The position numbers were made by a program, and so were the translations under genes. A stretch of 64,000 bases of DNA from the human T2T-CHM13v2.0 reference genome, Homo sapiens, in assembly GCF_009914755.1 (NCBI RefSeq), contig NC_060945.1. One strand, 5' to 3'. Below, piece after piece: positions 1-18,525 of this stretch. Every line of letters starts with the position of its first letter. Positions within the stretch are counted from its first letter, which is position 1. A model generated the notes under the pieces. It searched no databases, was not told the origin of the DNA, and saw only the letters and a list, made by a program, of their open reading frames with translations.

Positions 1-31
1 CCAGCAACTCCCACTTCTGACACCAATTGTG

Positions 32-79
<48 letters not shown>

Positions 80-898
80 CAAAGTACTTTCTCTATTCTT
101 TCACTCAACAACAATCAACACGGAATATTTTTTGTGACCAAATGTTTGGGGATTCCTCCCCACCAACAAGCAAACAATCAATTCTGCAGCAAATACCAGC
201 TGGATATATACTCCAATTCAATTCTGACACCATCTACCTGGAGACAGCATCATATCCCACAGAATGAGTCTCGGTCCCCAAGACTATTGCCCTTCTTCCC
301 AGCAGTCACAGTCTGGGCCTCCGGAACTTCTGAACAACAAGCTTCAAGTTGAGGTTCCCATGACCCCCTCCTTGGGTTCCATCAATATGGAGTGGCTCAC
401 AGAAAAACTTTAGGGAAGTTCACTTATGTTTATCAGTTTATTATAAAGGCTATTACAAAGGATACAGATGAAGAGACACATAGGGAAAGGGATGGAGGAA
501 GCAGTGCGGAGCTTCTGTGCCCACCGTGGGTGCCCTGACTTCCAAAAACCTGTACATGTTCTGCTATCCGGAAGCTCTCCAAACCCAGTTCTTTTGGATT
601 TTTATAGAAGCATCATTACATAGGCACAATTGATTAAATCACTGGCCATTAGTGACCAATATAACCTTCAGTTCCTCTCCTCTCCCTGGAAGTTGGGGTT
701 GGGCTCAAAGTCCCAACTCTTTAATCTTGCCTTGGTCTTTCCAGGGACCAGTCCCCATCCTGAAGCTAGCTAGGGGCTGCCAGCCATCAGTCAACTTATT
801 AGCATACAAAAACACATCACTTTGGAGATTCTAAGGGTTTTAGGAGTTGTATGGAAGGAAACACGTGAAAGATCAAATATATATTTCACAATATCGCA
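1..898 (-). mobile_element. MER21-family LTR containing an (AC)19 microsatellite (37-74)
   Basis: caattcaattctgacaccatctacctggag motif and terminal aaatatatatttcacaatatc resemble the MER21 consensus as recalled. Confidence 0.7.
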
Positions 899-961
899 CT
901 CCTGTAGAACACTTTGGGACACATACCATGATTCTTTGAAAATCAGTTATTTACATCATTC

Positions 962-1554
962 TGGTATAAATCAATGAAAATGACCAAGGCAAGTTGTAAT
1001 CATTTTAGGGGGTTTATTTGCCAAAGTTAAGGACACCCACTGGGGAGACAGGTCTATGCCTTTCTCCAAAGATAATTTTGAGGGCTTCAATATTTAAAGG
1101 GGAAAGGATGGATATTGGGGGAATATACAATTTTCATAGGAGGGTGAGTAGAGGAAATAGTCATTCATGCTGTCACTTGTCCGGCTAAGGGAATCTGCAA
1201 TTTTACATAAGATAACGTAAACAATAGTGCAGAGGAAGCAATCAGATATACATTTGCCTCAGGCGAGCAGAAGGATGACTTTGAGTTCTGTCCTGTCCCA
1301 TTCCACATCTGTGGATAAGCTATCAATTGACATTGCCAGGGTGAAATTCAACAGAAATATTTTCAAGTAAAGATCTTGGGGCCTGCAAGGAATCTCCTTG
1401 TGAGCAAAAGGTGAGCGATGTATGTAGCTTTTTATCTTTGTAGCCGTCTTAGTTAGGAACCAAATGGGAGGCAGGTTTGTGCGACCCAGTTCCCAGCTTG
1501 ACTGTTCCCTTTGGCTTAGTAAGTATGGGGCCCCAAGATTTATTTTCCTCTCAC
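962..1554 (-). mobile_element. MER4-family ERV1 LTR
   Basis: Contains tttatttgccaaagttaaggac and ends cccagttcccagcttgact...ggggccccaagatttattttcctctcaca. Confidence 0.75.
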
Positions 1555-1784
1555 ACTGGTCTTTCTATAGTCACTGGATTATTTGAATATTAATGGATTT
1601 TCCTTGTAAATGTGATGAGGATGACGATCCCAAGAAGGACTTCCCTGTGTCTTTCAGAAGACAGAGGAGAGCTCCTGCCACTCTTAGGGGTTCATGTCGT
1701 GAACTCTTCATCTGTATTCAAAAAATGAAAACCTAAGAACTTTGGTCTAAGCTGTTCTAAGATTTGCTCAACCCAAACCTTTCA

Positions 1785-2464
<680 letters not shown>

Positions 2465-3101
2465 TCATTAACAAACAGCTGCATTAGTAGTTGTTCTTTA
2501 AAAAGGATCTCTCTTCAACCAGCCAAGAAACCAAGGTGTGGGAAGTTCAGTGGCATGACTCTGCCCAGCACACTGGAATGCATGAGCTTGCCTACCGGGA
2601 AAGCAGCATGCCGGAAAGGGTGTGAGATTGGGAGCAGCTCATCTGTCATCTGCCTTTTGTTTAAGGACAACCTTGGCAGCTGGCTCCTGCTCCACCCCAC
2701 TTCCTACCTTCATCCTGGGAGACGCCTGGTCCACAGGGCATCTTCACTCTCAGTCCTGGCATCCTTGTTTCCAGCAACCTTCTCCACCAACCTCTCCTAC
2801 CTCCTTCCATGGCCACTCCTGGACATTTCCATAACCTGCAAATCCACCTTGAAATCACTCCTCAAACAACTCGTGGGCACAGCCTCCTGCCTTTCCAGCC
2901 TGCTGTGTGATTCCCTCACTCTGACCTTGCTGGTCCTCATTAGGAACTCTGGTCCCTTGCGCCCCTCCCCTCTTCTGTGCTCATTTCCTTTCTTACATTT
3001 AGCTTGGAGCCCACGGTTCATCATTTTGAGCCGTCTCTTGACAATATCCCCCTTCAAACTTGTCGGACCATAACCCATGGTAAGAAATCTAATAGGTATG
3101 A

Positions 3102-5918
<2,817 letters not shown>

Positions 5919-7514
5919 TGAAGAAGGAATTGAACTGAGTGTAGGGCAGGTTGTACTGCTGACGTGTCTTCTTTGTACTTGGAATGTGCTAGGACTGATA
6001 TACTTCAAAGTGCAAAGCACCTGAAGGATCTGGCATTAGTCAATTCTATGCACTGAGCTTCTGCCCCCAGAATACCACTCTCAGAATAAGAATATGGTAA
6101 GGCCAGTTGGATAGGTGGGGCATGGATTGGAGGCTCAGGCCACTGCACCGCACGTACAGGTCTTGATGTAAATGGTCTGGAGGAGGTCAAGTTCTGTTTA
6201 GCGGGGATAGACTATGTGACAGAGTGAAGAAAGATAATGGTCTAAACGCAGCAAAAGTTTCATTCCCACTCACGTGACAGTCTGTGGAGCAGGCAGCTCC
6301 TCTCTTCATGAACCTGGGACCCAGGTATCTTCCATCTTGTGGCTCTGCTTCTCTGGAGCCTTGTCATTTTTTTTTTTTTTCATCTAGCTACAGTGACAAG
6401 ATCTTTTGGATAAGCCATGAATATTAAACCAAAGGCAAACTCTGAAAATTGATTTGATGTGTGGTCAGCTGCTTATTTATTCCCCGGACCACAGTCCGGG
6501 GAATGCTGGGGTGATGGACAAGAAGGTTTTCATGAGGAGGCTGAAGAGATCTAAGTATAGGGGTGCCAGCCTGGGGCACTTCAGAAGGGGCACTGGCCTA
6601 GGGGTAGCATCAGGGTGACCCTGAGTTCCCTGGGGCAGGGTGTGGCTCATGACAGGGTGCTGAGAACCCACCAAGAAGGCTGGAATTTTCAGTACTCATT
6701 GTTTTATGAGGGCCTGCCTGTGTGCCAGGCGGGAAGACACTGACCAGAGGCCCAGGGCCACTGAGGGGTCTTGGCCTGGTCTCTTGGTGCCTGGGGGGTA
6801 CACTGTGCAAGCAATGATGTAGTTCCAAGGGGCAGGACTCTGACCCACACTCCTGGTGCCAATGTCCGTTTTGCCACTCATGTTAGATTTTGCTTCTCTA
6901 AGTGAACTTACTCAGGATAGCTGGGTTCTTGGCCATTCTTCCAGTGGTTTTCAAGGGTGAAAAAAGGAGTTTCAGCAAGACAGCTAACGTCTGGATGAAC
7001 GTGCCAGGAAATGTCTGTAGCCTTCCTCTAGAGAGCACTCTGGGCTGGTGGGCGTGAGGACCCCAGGGCAGGCTGGCTCAGCCCCTTTGACTTCAGATTT
7101 CAGGGAAGGCCAGGGAGCTGGATTGGGCGCCTGGATTTTCCGAGAATTATGTTTCTGAGAGGATTTTGAAACCTAAACAGGAATACTTTACACACAGGTC
7201 ATCGAGCAGGAATCGGGAAGTTCCTAAGCTGCCCTCCTTCACGCCACCTCCTCCCTTCAGAGACCAAGGGCTGCCAAGCTGTCTCCCACACACCTCAGTG
7301 AAAAGTCCCTGGCTCTCCTCCCAGCCGCCTCGCTGTGACCTCGTGAGGTGTGAGAAGGAGGAAGGGGATCTACATTCTGGATGAACCTTCCTTCCTCCTT
7401 GCCGAGAAATAGTTTAGGCCCCTGCGCCTGCTGGGCCTCAGAGCTTCTCAGAGCCCAGGGCTGAGTGTGGCTCCTGCAAGCTGCCTGGGAATTCCATGGA
7501 GTCTGACTGGCTGC

Positions 7515-7935
7515 CTGTCTTATTCACAGTCTGCTGCAACCCCTTTCCTAAGCTTGGGTGGCTGAAAACAACAGAAATTCATCCTCTCACAGTTCTGGAG
7601 GCCACAGTCTGAATCCAGGTGTTGGCAGGGCTGTGCTGCCTTTGAAGGTTCTAGGGAAGAATCCTTCCTGGCCTTTTCCAGCTTTGGGTGGTGGCCGGCA
7701 ACGCTCGGCATTCCTTGGCTTCAGGTGCATCATTCCAGCTGCAGATGGCTGTCTTCCCTCTGTGTCTCTTCTTTTCTTCTTATAAGGACACCGGTTATAT
7801 GGTGTTAAGGGCCCACCTTACTCCAGTATGTCACCAACTTAATTCATTACATCTGCAACCACCCTATTTCCAAATGTCACATTCTGGGGTTCCTGATGAA
7901 CGTGAATTTGAGGGGACATCATTCAACCCACAGCA
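7515..7935 (-). mobile_element. MLT1 (MaLR) LTR
   Basis: aaaacaacagaaattcatcctctcacagttctggaggcc...ggggacatcattcaacccacagca. Confidence 0.75.
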
Positions 7936-8297
7936 GAGCCCCACCATCGCCTCCCTGCACCACGCCCTTGGAGCAGGCCCCTTCTCTACGCAGGGCACCC
8001 TGCCTGTCTTTCCTCTCCAGCAGCAAGACAGAGCCAAGAGTGATTTCTTGAAATGAAATTGCATCCTCTCATTCCAATAAGGCATGGCCTCACTAGTGGG
8101 AGATGAGCAAATGAAAGCCTCCCTCAGGATGGGCATCCACACATCCAGGGGACACTCACCCCGATTTTTTTCCTGGTTTATAAAGGTGCTTCAGGACTCC
8201 TTGGCTCCTGGCCAATATCTTAGTGCTTCCTGAAGGGGAAAGAGCCCTCCAAACCATTCAGTGGGCCATCCCAGACCGAGGTTTCTGACCCAGACAT

Positions 8298-9092
8298 TGA
8301 AACAGGAGGAGTTCCCTTATCCCCCCTTGCAGGGCACGTGACAGGGGCATGGCTCGCTTCTCAGTACCCTGCTGCTCAAACCCCTAGAGGGGGCATGCAG
8401 ATGGACAGGTCGTGGGGAGCGTTTTTGGGCTCCGACCCCACAGCAGCTTGTAGAATTGGGTGTTTACAGCTCCCGAAGCCCCAGTGGGCATGTGTTACAG
8501 TGGTCTCCTTCAGTTTTGCCATCTGCAGGCGGCTTGTGTTAATCAGCTCAATTAGACCCTCTGCCTTATCACAAAGACAGATGGCTTTCTGTATCCCAGG
8601 TTCTTGCCCTAGTGTACTCGGAAAATCAGATTTCGCATGGACTTGGAGAAGGAGTGCAAGGTTTTATTGAGTGGAGGAGGTGGCTCTCGGATGGGGAGCC
8701 AGAAGGGGGATGGAGTGGGAAGGTGGTCTTCCCCTAGAGTTGGGCTGCCCAGCAGCCAGACTCTCCTCCGACCGCCCCCGACTGATTTCCACATCGCCCC
8801 GCTGTCGAAAGCCCGCCAGCATCTGCTGGTGTCTGTCAGTGTGCTCTTCTGCTTCTCTGCTCCTCTCGACGTCCAGCCACTTGTGTGTGTGCCCACTAGG
8901 GTCTTGGGTTTTTTATGGGCACAGGATGGGGGTCATGGCAGGCCAGAGTAGTCTTGGAAAATGCAACATTTGGACATGAAAACAGGAGTGCCTGTTCTCA
9001 CTAAGGTCCATGGGCACAAGCCCATGGGTGGAGCCCTCGCCAGGGACCCCACCCTTCTCTACCCAGCACTCCCCTGCCCCCCTTCCATGTCA
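8298..9092 (-). mobile_element. ERV1 solo LTR (LTR1/MER52-like) with 4-bp TSD ACAT
   Basis: TG...CA termini; acat at 8294-8297 and 9093-9096; minus-strand start tgacatggaagggggcaggggagtgctgggtagagaaggg. Confidence 0.8.
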
Positions 9093-9295
9093 ACATGAAA
9101 GCTGACATTGGCTCCTGTGCCCCACCTCTGGGCCTGGTTTGGTGACCTCTGCACCAGAGCTGCTAGGGAGGCCCCATCCCACATGTTGTTGATTGAACAG
9201 CCCTTCCCCAGGGGAACCAACGTCCTCCTGTCCCCAAACCCATGGAGGAGTGGTGGGTTCCTGGGCCTCTAGTAACTCGACTGAATATTTTCCAG

Positions 9296-9492
9296 GTTAC
9301 CTAACCAAACTCCTGCAAAACCACACCACCTATGCCTGTGATGGGGACTATTTGAATCTACAGTGCCCTCGGCATTCTACGATAAGTGTCCAATCGGCAT
9401 TTTATGGGCAAGATTACCAAATGTGTAGTTCCCAGAAGCCTGCCTCCCAGAGGGAAGACAGCTTAACCTGTGTGGCAGCCACCACCTTCCAG
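9296..9492 (+). CDS. EVA1C: EVA1C coding exon (exon 2), N-terminal part of SUEL lectin domain 1
   Basis: Acceptor ttttccag|GTTAC, donor CAG|gtattg, 197 nt, phase 1-0. Translates GYLTKLLQNHTTYACDGDYLNLQCPRHSTISVQSAFYGQDYQMCSSQKPASQREDSLTCVAATTFQ (SUEL motif ACxG..L.C...I.V.SAFYG). Confidence 0.96.
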
Positions 9493-9995
9493 GTATTGCC
9501 TTTTGTAGACATGTTAAGATGATACAGTTTCAACACACACTCTTTCTCTCTCTCTGGGTATAAATATATTTGTGATTATATAGTTCAATCCAAGCAAAAC
9601 TGATCCATGAAAAATCCCAATTTATACAGATCACCAGTTTTGTAGGTGAGCTATTATTTGCTTCTCAAAGGATTTGTTGCCCAACAAAACTAAATAGAAT
9701 TCCTACCTATTGTAGAGCCCCCTTTGTACACTTCAATATGAATTTATTTGTAGGTTTACTCCTTACTTTAGTATAGCAAAGTACAACCAGGATGGATTCC
9801 AACCTCCAGGCCCACATCTCCCATAAATACTCCTGTAGAAAGGGAAGGTAGGTTCTTTAATGGAAACCACAAGTATCTCTTTGAGGCAGACATCTGAAGT
9901 CATGACCAACTTTTTAGAAAATGTACTCAAAGGGCTGGGCGCGGTGGCTCATGCCTGTAATCCCAGCACTTTGGGAGGCCGAGGTGGGTGGATCA

Positions 9996-10310
<315 letters not shown>

Positions 10311-11003
10311 TCATTCTTGCTTGGAGCTATTTTAGGCAGCCTTTACTGACTCCTTCCTTCTACTACATAGTACCAGGAATTGGGAGAGGTGTGGTTTAAG
10401 TCATTCTTTTTGTGGTTGGCATATTTAGGGAAAGATTTGGTATAGGAGAAGGTCAAACTAATATTTCAATGATGGTTTTAGACTGTGCATGGCTTTCAAT
10501 CATCTGAGCAACTTCTACTTCACCATCCCTGGCCCCTAACATATATAACTAGTTGACCAGGATTACTGAGTCACTTGGCCTTGGATTTTTTTTTTTATGC
10601 CTCCCAAGTTCCATATGAATACATTTAAAGCAGGGAGTTTAGAGCAGGTGGAAAGTTGGAAGTCTGTTTGATTTTGTCGACCGTAGGAAATATGGATAAA
10701 GATACATTTGCTAGAACTAAGGAGAAATAAGAGTAGCTTTAATGCTGTGTAGCTCTCCCTAAGGCCCAAACAGGAGACGCAAACTAATGTGATGATGTAA
10801 GAATTTTTCTATTTCTCACACCATCCCTTGCTTCCACTCCAAGCATGGTAGTATCTGGGTATTTAGGTGATTGGTGAAACACACCAATTGAGTAGCCAAA
10901 ATGAATGTGTCTGAATGACTCCCCATGACATGGTTTCTATACCTTGAGGAGAGACAACATGTTTCTTCAGGAGACAAGAAGTTGCTTTCCCTGTGTGCTC
11001 CAC

Positions 11004-11461
11004 TGTCTTAGTCCTTTTTGTGCTGCTATAACAGTGTACCTGAGCCTGGGTAATTCATAAGGACCTGAGATTGATTTCTCACTGTTCTGAAGGTCAGGAA
11101 GTCCAAGAGCAAGGCGCCATAGGTTTGGTGTCTCTACTTCCAGGATGGCTCCTTGAACACTACATCCTCTAGGGGGTTGGAGAACGCTGGTACTCATGTG
11201 GCAGAAGAATGGAAGGGGCAAGAGAAGGAGAGAGGGCCAACTTGCCTTTTATAACAAGCCTAGTGCCACTCTAACAACCTACTCCTGAAAAAAAACAAAA
11301 AACAAACAAACAAACAAAAACAGTATTAATCCATTCATAAGGGTGAAGACCTGATGGTCTAATCACCTCTTAAAGACTCCACCTGTTAACACTGTTACTG
11401 TTAAAGCAGCAATTACATTTCAATGTGAGTTTTGGGGGGGATAAACATTCCAGCCATAGCA
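11004..11461 (-). mobile_element. MST (MaLR) LTR
   Basis: tgtcttagtcc...gctgctataacag...ctaatcacctcttaaag...acattccagccatagca. Confidence 0.75.
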
Positions 11462-11752
11462 CCCACCCTACCCCTAACTCTCTCTGTTGGGCGCCACCCC
11501 AGGAGCTACATCCCTCTTGACCCACCCCCATTTCTCAGCCACCTGCCCTGGCCATCCATCCTTGGATCCCAGGCTACCTGCTGCCCTCCTGGGTGCATGA
11601 AAGGAATGTTGGCCAGTACCAACATTTTTTTAAAGTGGCTACTTTGTAAAAGTAGGAACTCTTGGCATACACTAGAGCATGGGCACCACCTGCACCATTC
11701 CACGGGTACCTGCCTCTGCCAGATACCCCTGAGGGAAGAGGATGTTCTATAA

Positions 11753-12039
<287 letters not shown>

Positions 12040-13580
12040 TAATTTTTGTACTTTTAGTAGAGACAGGGTTTCACTGTGTTAGTCAGGCTGGTCTTGAACT
12101 CCTGACCTCAGGTGATCTGCCCGCTTCGGCCCCCCAAAATGCTGGGATTACAGGTGTGAGCCACCGCGCCCAGCCTTCTTTTGTGTCTTTTAAGCTGCAC
12201 TCGGAGCACAGGCAAGGTGCTTCCTCAGAGGGAGGTTGCTTAACATGGGGAGACATCCACACAGGAGACCACAGCTGATCCATCCCTTGACTGTCAGCAG
12301 CAAGTCCCCCTCTCTGCATTTTCCAGCTCATGACATAGTTTGGAAATAGCCCTGCCCTGGGGTCTGCTCTGTGGTTGTAACAGTGGAGCCCTCCGGTGAC
12401 ATCTGTGGGCCAAGTCATTTCACCATGACCTTTGGCCATGCCACATGCAGTCATCTGAAAGCTGCACCTTCTGGGGTCTGAGGGGTTTCTTGGGTATTTT
12501 TTCCTGATTGAGACACATCTGCTGGGCCCCTGAGAGAATGGGGGATACCTGGCGGGGCCAGCATTCTTCACGGAGCTATTCCACGAGCTACTATGAGAAC
12601 ATGGTGACTCAGAGAGGCTCACGTGTCTGCACTAAATTCAGACCTAAAGTAATAAGCAGATTCTTGGGAACTTTTTTTTTAACTGTACTTGATGTCCTTT
12701 TTGTTTTTGTTTTAACCAGACCCAAGTTCAGGACCTCTGTGTTTATCACAAGCAGGACTTGTTCCATTTGGGAACGAGGACCTAGAGAACAGCAGCAAAA
12801 AGCTGAGCCTTCCCAGGACCTGGAGGAGGGTGTTCTGTGAGCTTCCACAGAGCAGATGCCTTAAAAACGAAGGAGCTGTCTGGAAAAAATCAGGAGAGAG
12901 AGAGAGATTGAGATTTGCAGGAAAGCCTTTACTGCCAATGCTCAACAGAAAGTCTGAGTGTTCCACTAAGAAAACTGCTCCCCGAGGGAGAAGTGGGTCC
13001 CATCCTCTTGAGTTTGATGAGGGTGGGAATCAGCTTTGTAATTTTTATTTTTTGGCCTGTGGATGGTTCGTAAGCTGGAAAGGGTTTGGGTCCCCAAGAG
13101 CTCCCCGATGCACAGCTCTCCTGTGTCCTGTGTGGGGCTATTTAAGGATGAAAGGCCAGGACTGTGAATCCTGATGGTCACAGCTCTCTCAGCTTAAAGC
13201 TAGGGGACCCCGCTCGAAGGGGACCCTGAAGTACCCTGCACCCCAATATCTGAAAGTCCTCTGACCTCGCTTGCACCCCCTGGAGCCTCGGCACTCAGTG
13301 CCTTTGCTGAAAGTAGCAGCCGCCGCACCAGTAGTGGTGGATCAGAGGTTAGTTTTCCCAGGAGCCTGGCACTATTGGATCAGGTTTCTTTTCAGGAGAA
13401 AGAGCAGGGAGACAGGGAGCTAACCCAATCACCCACGTCTATGCTCTTTGGCCTTAGACACAGCTTGGCCAGGTGGGGAGGCGTCCTTCCCTTTGCAGAG
13501 CCCAGAGCAGCCCAGGTTCGGGTCTGGCAGTCACTGTGAGCAGTTTTCAAGCCTGTCCCTTTTCTACCCTCTCCTTCTAG

Positions 13581-13704
13581 AAGGTGCTGGACGAATGCCA
13601 GAACCAGCGGGCCTGCCACCTCCTGGTCAATAGCCGTGTTTTTGGACCTGACCTTTGTCCAGGAAGCAGTAAATACCTCCTGGTCTCCTTTAAATGCCAA
13701 CCTA
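13581..13704 (+). CDS. EVA1C: EVA1C coding exon (exon 3), C-terminal part of SUEL domain 1
   Basis: Acceptor ccttctag|AAG, donor CTA|gtaagt, 124 nt, phase 0-1. Translates KVLDECQNQRACHLLVNSRVFGPDLCPGSSKYLLVSFKCQP (FG.D.CPG..KYL motif). Not shown in the ORF track. Confidence 0.96.
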
Positions 13705-14462
13705 GTAAGTAACTTCGGAGGGGGACAGTGTGTTTGGGGTGTGGTTCTCGTTTCCTTCACACTCCTGGTCAAAATTCTCTGCCCGTTGGCATTTGTCCAA
13801 CTTTGAAACTCATTAACAGACACATTGGGCTCCATCCTACCCAGTTTTTTAGAGACAGAGAGAGAAAGAAAGACAGAGAAAGAAAGAGAGAGAGATTTTG
13901 TGTGTGTGAGTCTGCACATGCCTTCATTTTCTTACAAATGCCTGAATTTTAAAAATCCTTTCCAATATGTAAAACTCAGTTGTACTGATGCTACAACTCT
14001 CAGGGGTGGTGAGAGACTGCAATTGCTGTTCCTCAAAGTGAGGAGCTGGTTCTGCGTTTCAGAGGTGTCTTGTGCTGAGATTGAGAGGCTGCCTGTTTTT
14101 CCTTGAGGCCCAGTGGCCCACTTGCCACCTGCGCCCACTGCTTCAGATCTTTAAGAACCAGCTCCTCCCGCCCTCACCCACGGCAGGGGCTCCTTGTTCC
14201 CCAGGAGAATGAGAGGGGATATGGCTGGAGCCATCTCTTTTATTCTGATTCTTGTTGTTTTCTCCATTGACTTTTGCCATTTCTAATACGCATCAGCTTT
14301 GTGATGGGCAAAAATAATCCATCTTCCGTGGGTGGGTCACACTTCCAGGAGCCAAGAGCCTGCCTGAGATAAATCATAGGTCACTGTGGCATTAGAGGTT
14401 CTTGCACACTTTGTTGCAAAGAAACGATAGCAGTGTGTTTAACCAAAAAAATGAGAAGTTAA

Positions 14463-14768
<306 letters not shown>

Positions 14769-15611
14769 TAAGCATTTTTAAACCTCCTCCCTGCCACCCA
14801 ACACAACTGTTTTCACTTTTTGCGTTTTGTTGTCTGTTAGCTCCCGCCCTGGTTCCCCGAGACCCTGGTGGCCTAGGTGCCAGACTTATGTGGGGAGAGG
14901 TCAGGCCACACTCGTACTATGGTCTCAGGTACACATGTGGGGAGAAACCCCCCCGATCTCTTCAGCAGATATGCAGGCTTCTGTCAAACCCCTTCCCTGC
15001 CAGGGCCCAGATACGTCAAAGCTGCCCTGTGTTCTTCTAACACAGCACACGCAAAGGCACTCACACTCTCACAGCACATAACAGACGCTCCTCACACTCA
15101 CCTCTCATAATAGACATCATCACACACAGGCACACACTAACACAACCTTATACCCCATTATACACACTCAAACACATACAAGCTGTCACACTCACTCACA
15201 CTGTCATACATGCTCACACACACTCACATGTACAGACAATCGCAAATACCTACAAGCAGGCCCAGCCATTCAGAACCGCCTGAACTCCCTTCGTGACCCC
15301 TCTCCACCCTCCCTCCGCCCCTAGGCATTGGGATCACCTCCTGCCTCAGTCAACAGACTCAGGAAATCACATCAAGATCTCAGTGTTCTTCCTCACTTCC
15401 CTCCAACCGCTGAATCTCACAGACGACTGTGTCATAGCCTTGAAGACACCCTTGACGGCCATTAGCTTTGCCTTCCTTTTTTTTCTGTTCTCCACTTCCC
15501 TCCTTCCATGGTGTAAAATATTGCCCTTTAAAAAGTGGCCCTTGGCTGGGGGCGGTGGCTCATGCCTGTAATCCCAGCACTTTGGGAGGCTGAGGCGGGT
15601 AGATCACCTCA

Positions 15612-15854
<243 letters not shown>

Positions 15855-16754
15855 TCAAGATATTAACAATTGGAGACCTGAGGTGGTGGGAATATGACTG
15901 TTGGTTGTGATATTCTTTCACATTTTCTATATGTTTGAAATGTTTCATAATAAGTTGAGAAAAACCAGCCTCTAAGAGAAGTCAAATGACCTTTGTAAAA
16001 TTGACCGAACCTCGGATAAGTCAGTGCAGAGCCACAGCCCCATGACTATCGTGTGAGGTTTCATCTGGTTTATTCATATCATTTCAGCAAAGCCCCTACT
16101 TTGCACAGGAGTGGAATATGAAGAGAACTCACATCCCACAGAGATTCCCTGAGTGGCGGTTCTATCGTGGGTGGTGTCCACACCCCCTCCAGGGTATTTC
16201 TCAACCTTCCTTCACCCAGCAAGCATTCCTGAGATCTTCACACAGCTGGTTCCTTCTCCTTGTGTAATTTCCACCCCAAACAGCACCTTTCAAGAGAGGC
16301 TTTCTCTGTCCAAAAAACAACAACAAAAAACATCTTCCTCTCATCCTGCCACCCCTCTCTATCACAGCATCCTATTTTTTCTTCATAGCAGCATCATCGT
16401 TTAGATTTACCTTATTTGTGGCTTGTGTATGATTTGCACACACACTGCATCAGACTGTGAGCATGATGAGAGCAGGAACTCTGTGTGGTTCAGCATTGTT
16501 ACCCCAGAGGAACAGGTGCTTAATATGTATTCACAGAGCAAATGTTCACCCAGCAGGGGCCAGGTCCTGTGCTCAGCATTGGGGAGACACAGGTGAGCAC
16601 GTCCTCGGTAACCAGATCATCCAGTCCCGTGGGGCCTGATATTCACTGTGAGTTTCACACAAATATGTGCAAGATTCCAGGTAGGGTCAGGGCTTCATGG
16701 AGAGGCACTTGGTACTACGCAAGCAGCTCACAGAAGAATCTTTTTTTTGGATAG

Positions 16755-16853
<99 letters not shown>

Positions 16854-18115
16854 TGAGTAACTGGGATTATAGGCATACACCACCACACCTGGCTAATTTT
16901 TGTATTTTTAGTAGAGACAGGGTTTCACCATGTTGGCCAGGCTGGTCTTGAACTCCTGACCTCAAGTGATCTGCCCGCATTGGCCTCCCAAAGTGCTAGG
17001 ATCACAGGCGTGAACCACAGTGCCCAGCCTCATAGGAGGAATTGACCTTGACTAGGGGTTCAGTGGAGTCTTTTTGGAGCAAGTGATGATGGAGCTGAGA
17101 ACTGCAGGGATGGAGGGCACAGAAAGAGTGCTCCATACGGAAGCCTGTGGCTGCGGGTTGCAGGTGCATTGGCGCAGCCAGCCACAGGGTAGGAGCACAG
17201 CACCAAGACAGGAGAGAGCACCAGCTGGGGAGCCGGAGTAGGGATCCTGAGTCCTCAGAGCCAAGGAAGGAGTTGGGGCTCTATCTATAGGGCAGCATTT
17301 AAGCAGGGAGGGTGCTGTGATGAAGTCATAAAGCCCCTCTGGCTGCCCCATAGAGAGCAGATGAGAGACAGAGCCCCTGTGTAACCTGAACACCAGAAAC
17401 CTGAGCACTGCCATTTAGGAGGTGGAAGTGAGATTGTCTCCACACCTTCCTGCCTCTTTTTCTGCATCTCTCACACCTCCTGAGGCTCTTCTTCTCAATT
17501 CCCAGTTCCAGTCTGAGCAGGACACTGTGATTGTCCAAAGGCTGCACTGCTGCACCCTGTGGTGTGCAGAGCCAGTTCTTATGATGAGAGCCAGTTATGC
17601 ACATGTCTTACCAGCTCTGCCTGTGTTCTGTGGCATCTGCCACGGTGGGAGTATTTACACCAGGGAAATGGGCAAATGCCACTGATCGGGTTTATTTGTT
17701 TGTCTTTACGGAAAGCTATTTTACCAGCAAGGCTCACCGGAACCTTCTTTTCCCTAATGTGCACTATGCTTCCTTCCTCAAAATCTCACCTCCCAAATTG
17801 CATCCCTTCAGGAAATGTAGGTTTCAGCGAGGCTTGGATTTAGGCAGTTCTGGGTTCATATTCCTTTCTGCTGCATATCGTATCTGCTGTGTGTTGGGCA
17901 GTGTAGGGACACTTTCTAGGACTCAGTTGTAACATGGGATTATGTCTCTTCTGCATAGGGCTGTTTTAAGACTGTGAAAACACAGTGTTGTATGTAACAC
18001 GCTAGCACAGGACCATGGAGTTGAGCTCAGCAGTTGGTAGCTATTATTTCAATAAGCTGATTCAAATCACTCTGCTAAAGATATGAATGACTAAAGGATA
18101 TAGTCATGCCTGTCA

Positions 18116-18373
<258 letters not shown>

Positions 18374-18525
18374 TTACTAAATAAAGAAATAATAAAAATA
18401 AATAAAAGTGACTATCTACATTTCAGCATCACTATGCACTGGCAATTGTATGCAATGTCAGTAATAAAATACTCCCATCGCGGCAGATCCTTCCTCTGCC
18501 CACCTTTGAAAGGTGGCTAGTGATG

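Noticed and set aside
9193-9295. In-frame ORF extensions around real exons (also 23598-23679, 51272-51326, 51471-51661)
   Set aside because: Intronic read-through; canonical splice sites and frame continuity define the exon limits.
12720-12836. Possible 117-nt cryptic exon (good polypyrimidine acceptor, TCT|gtgagc donor)
   Set aside because: Weak donor, in-frame stop, and no transcript evidence available from sequence alone.
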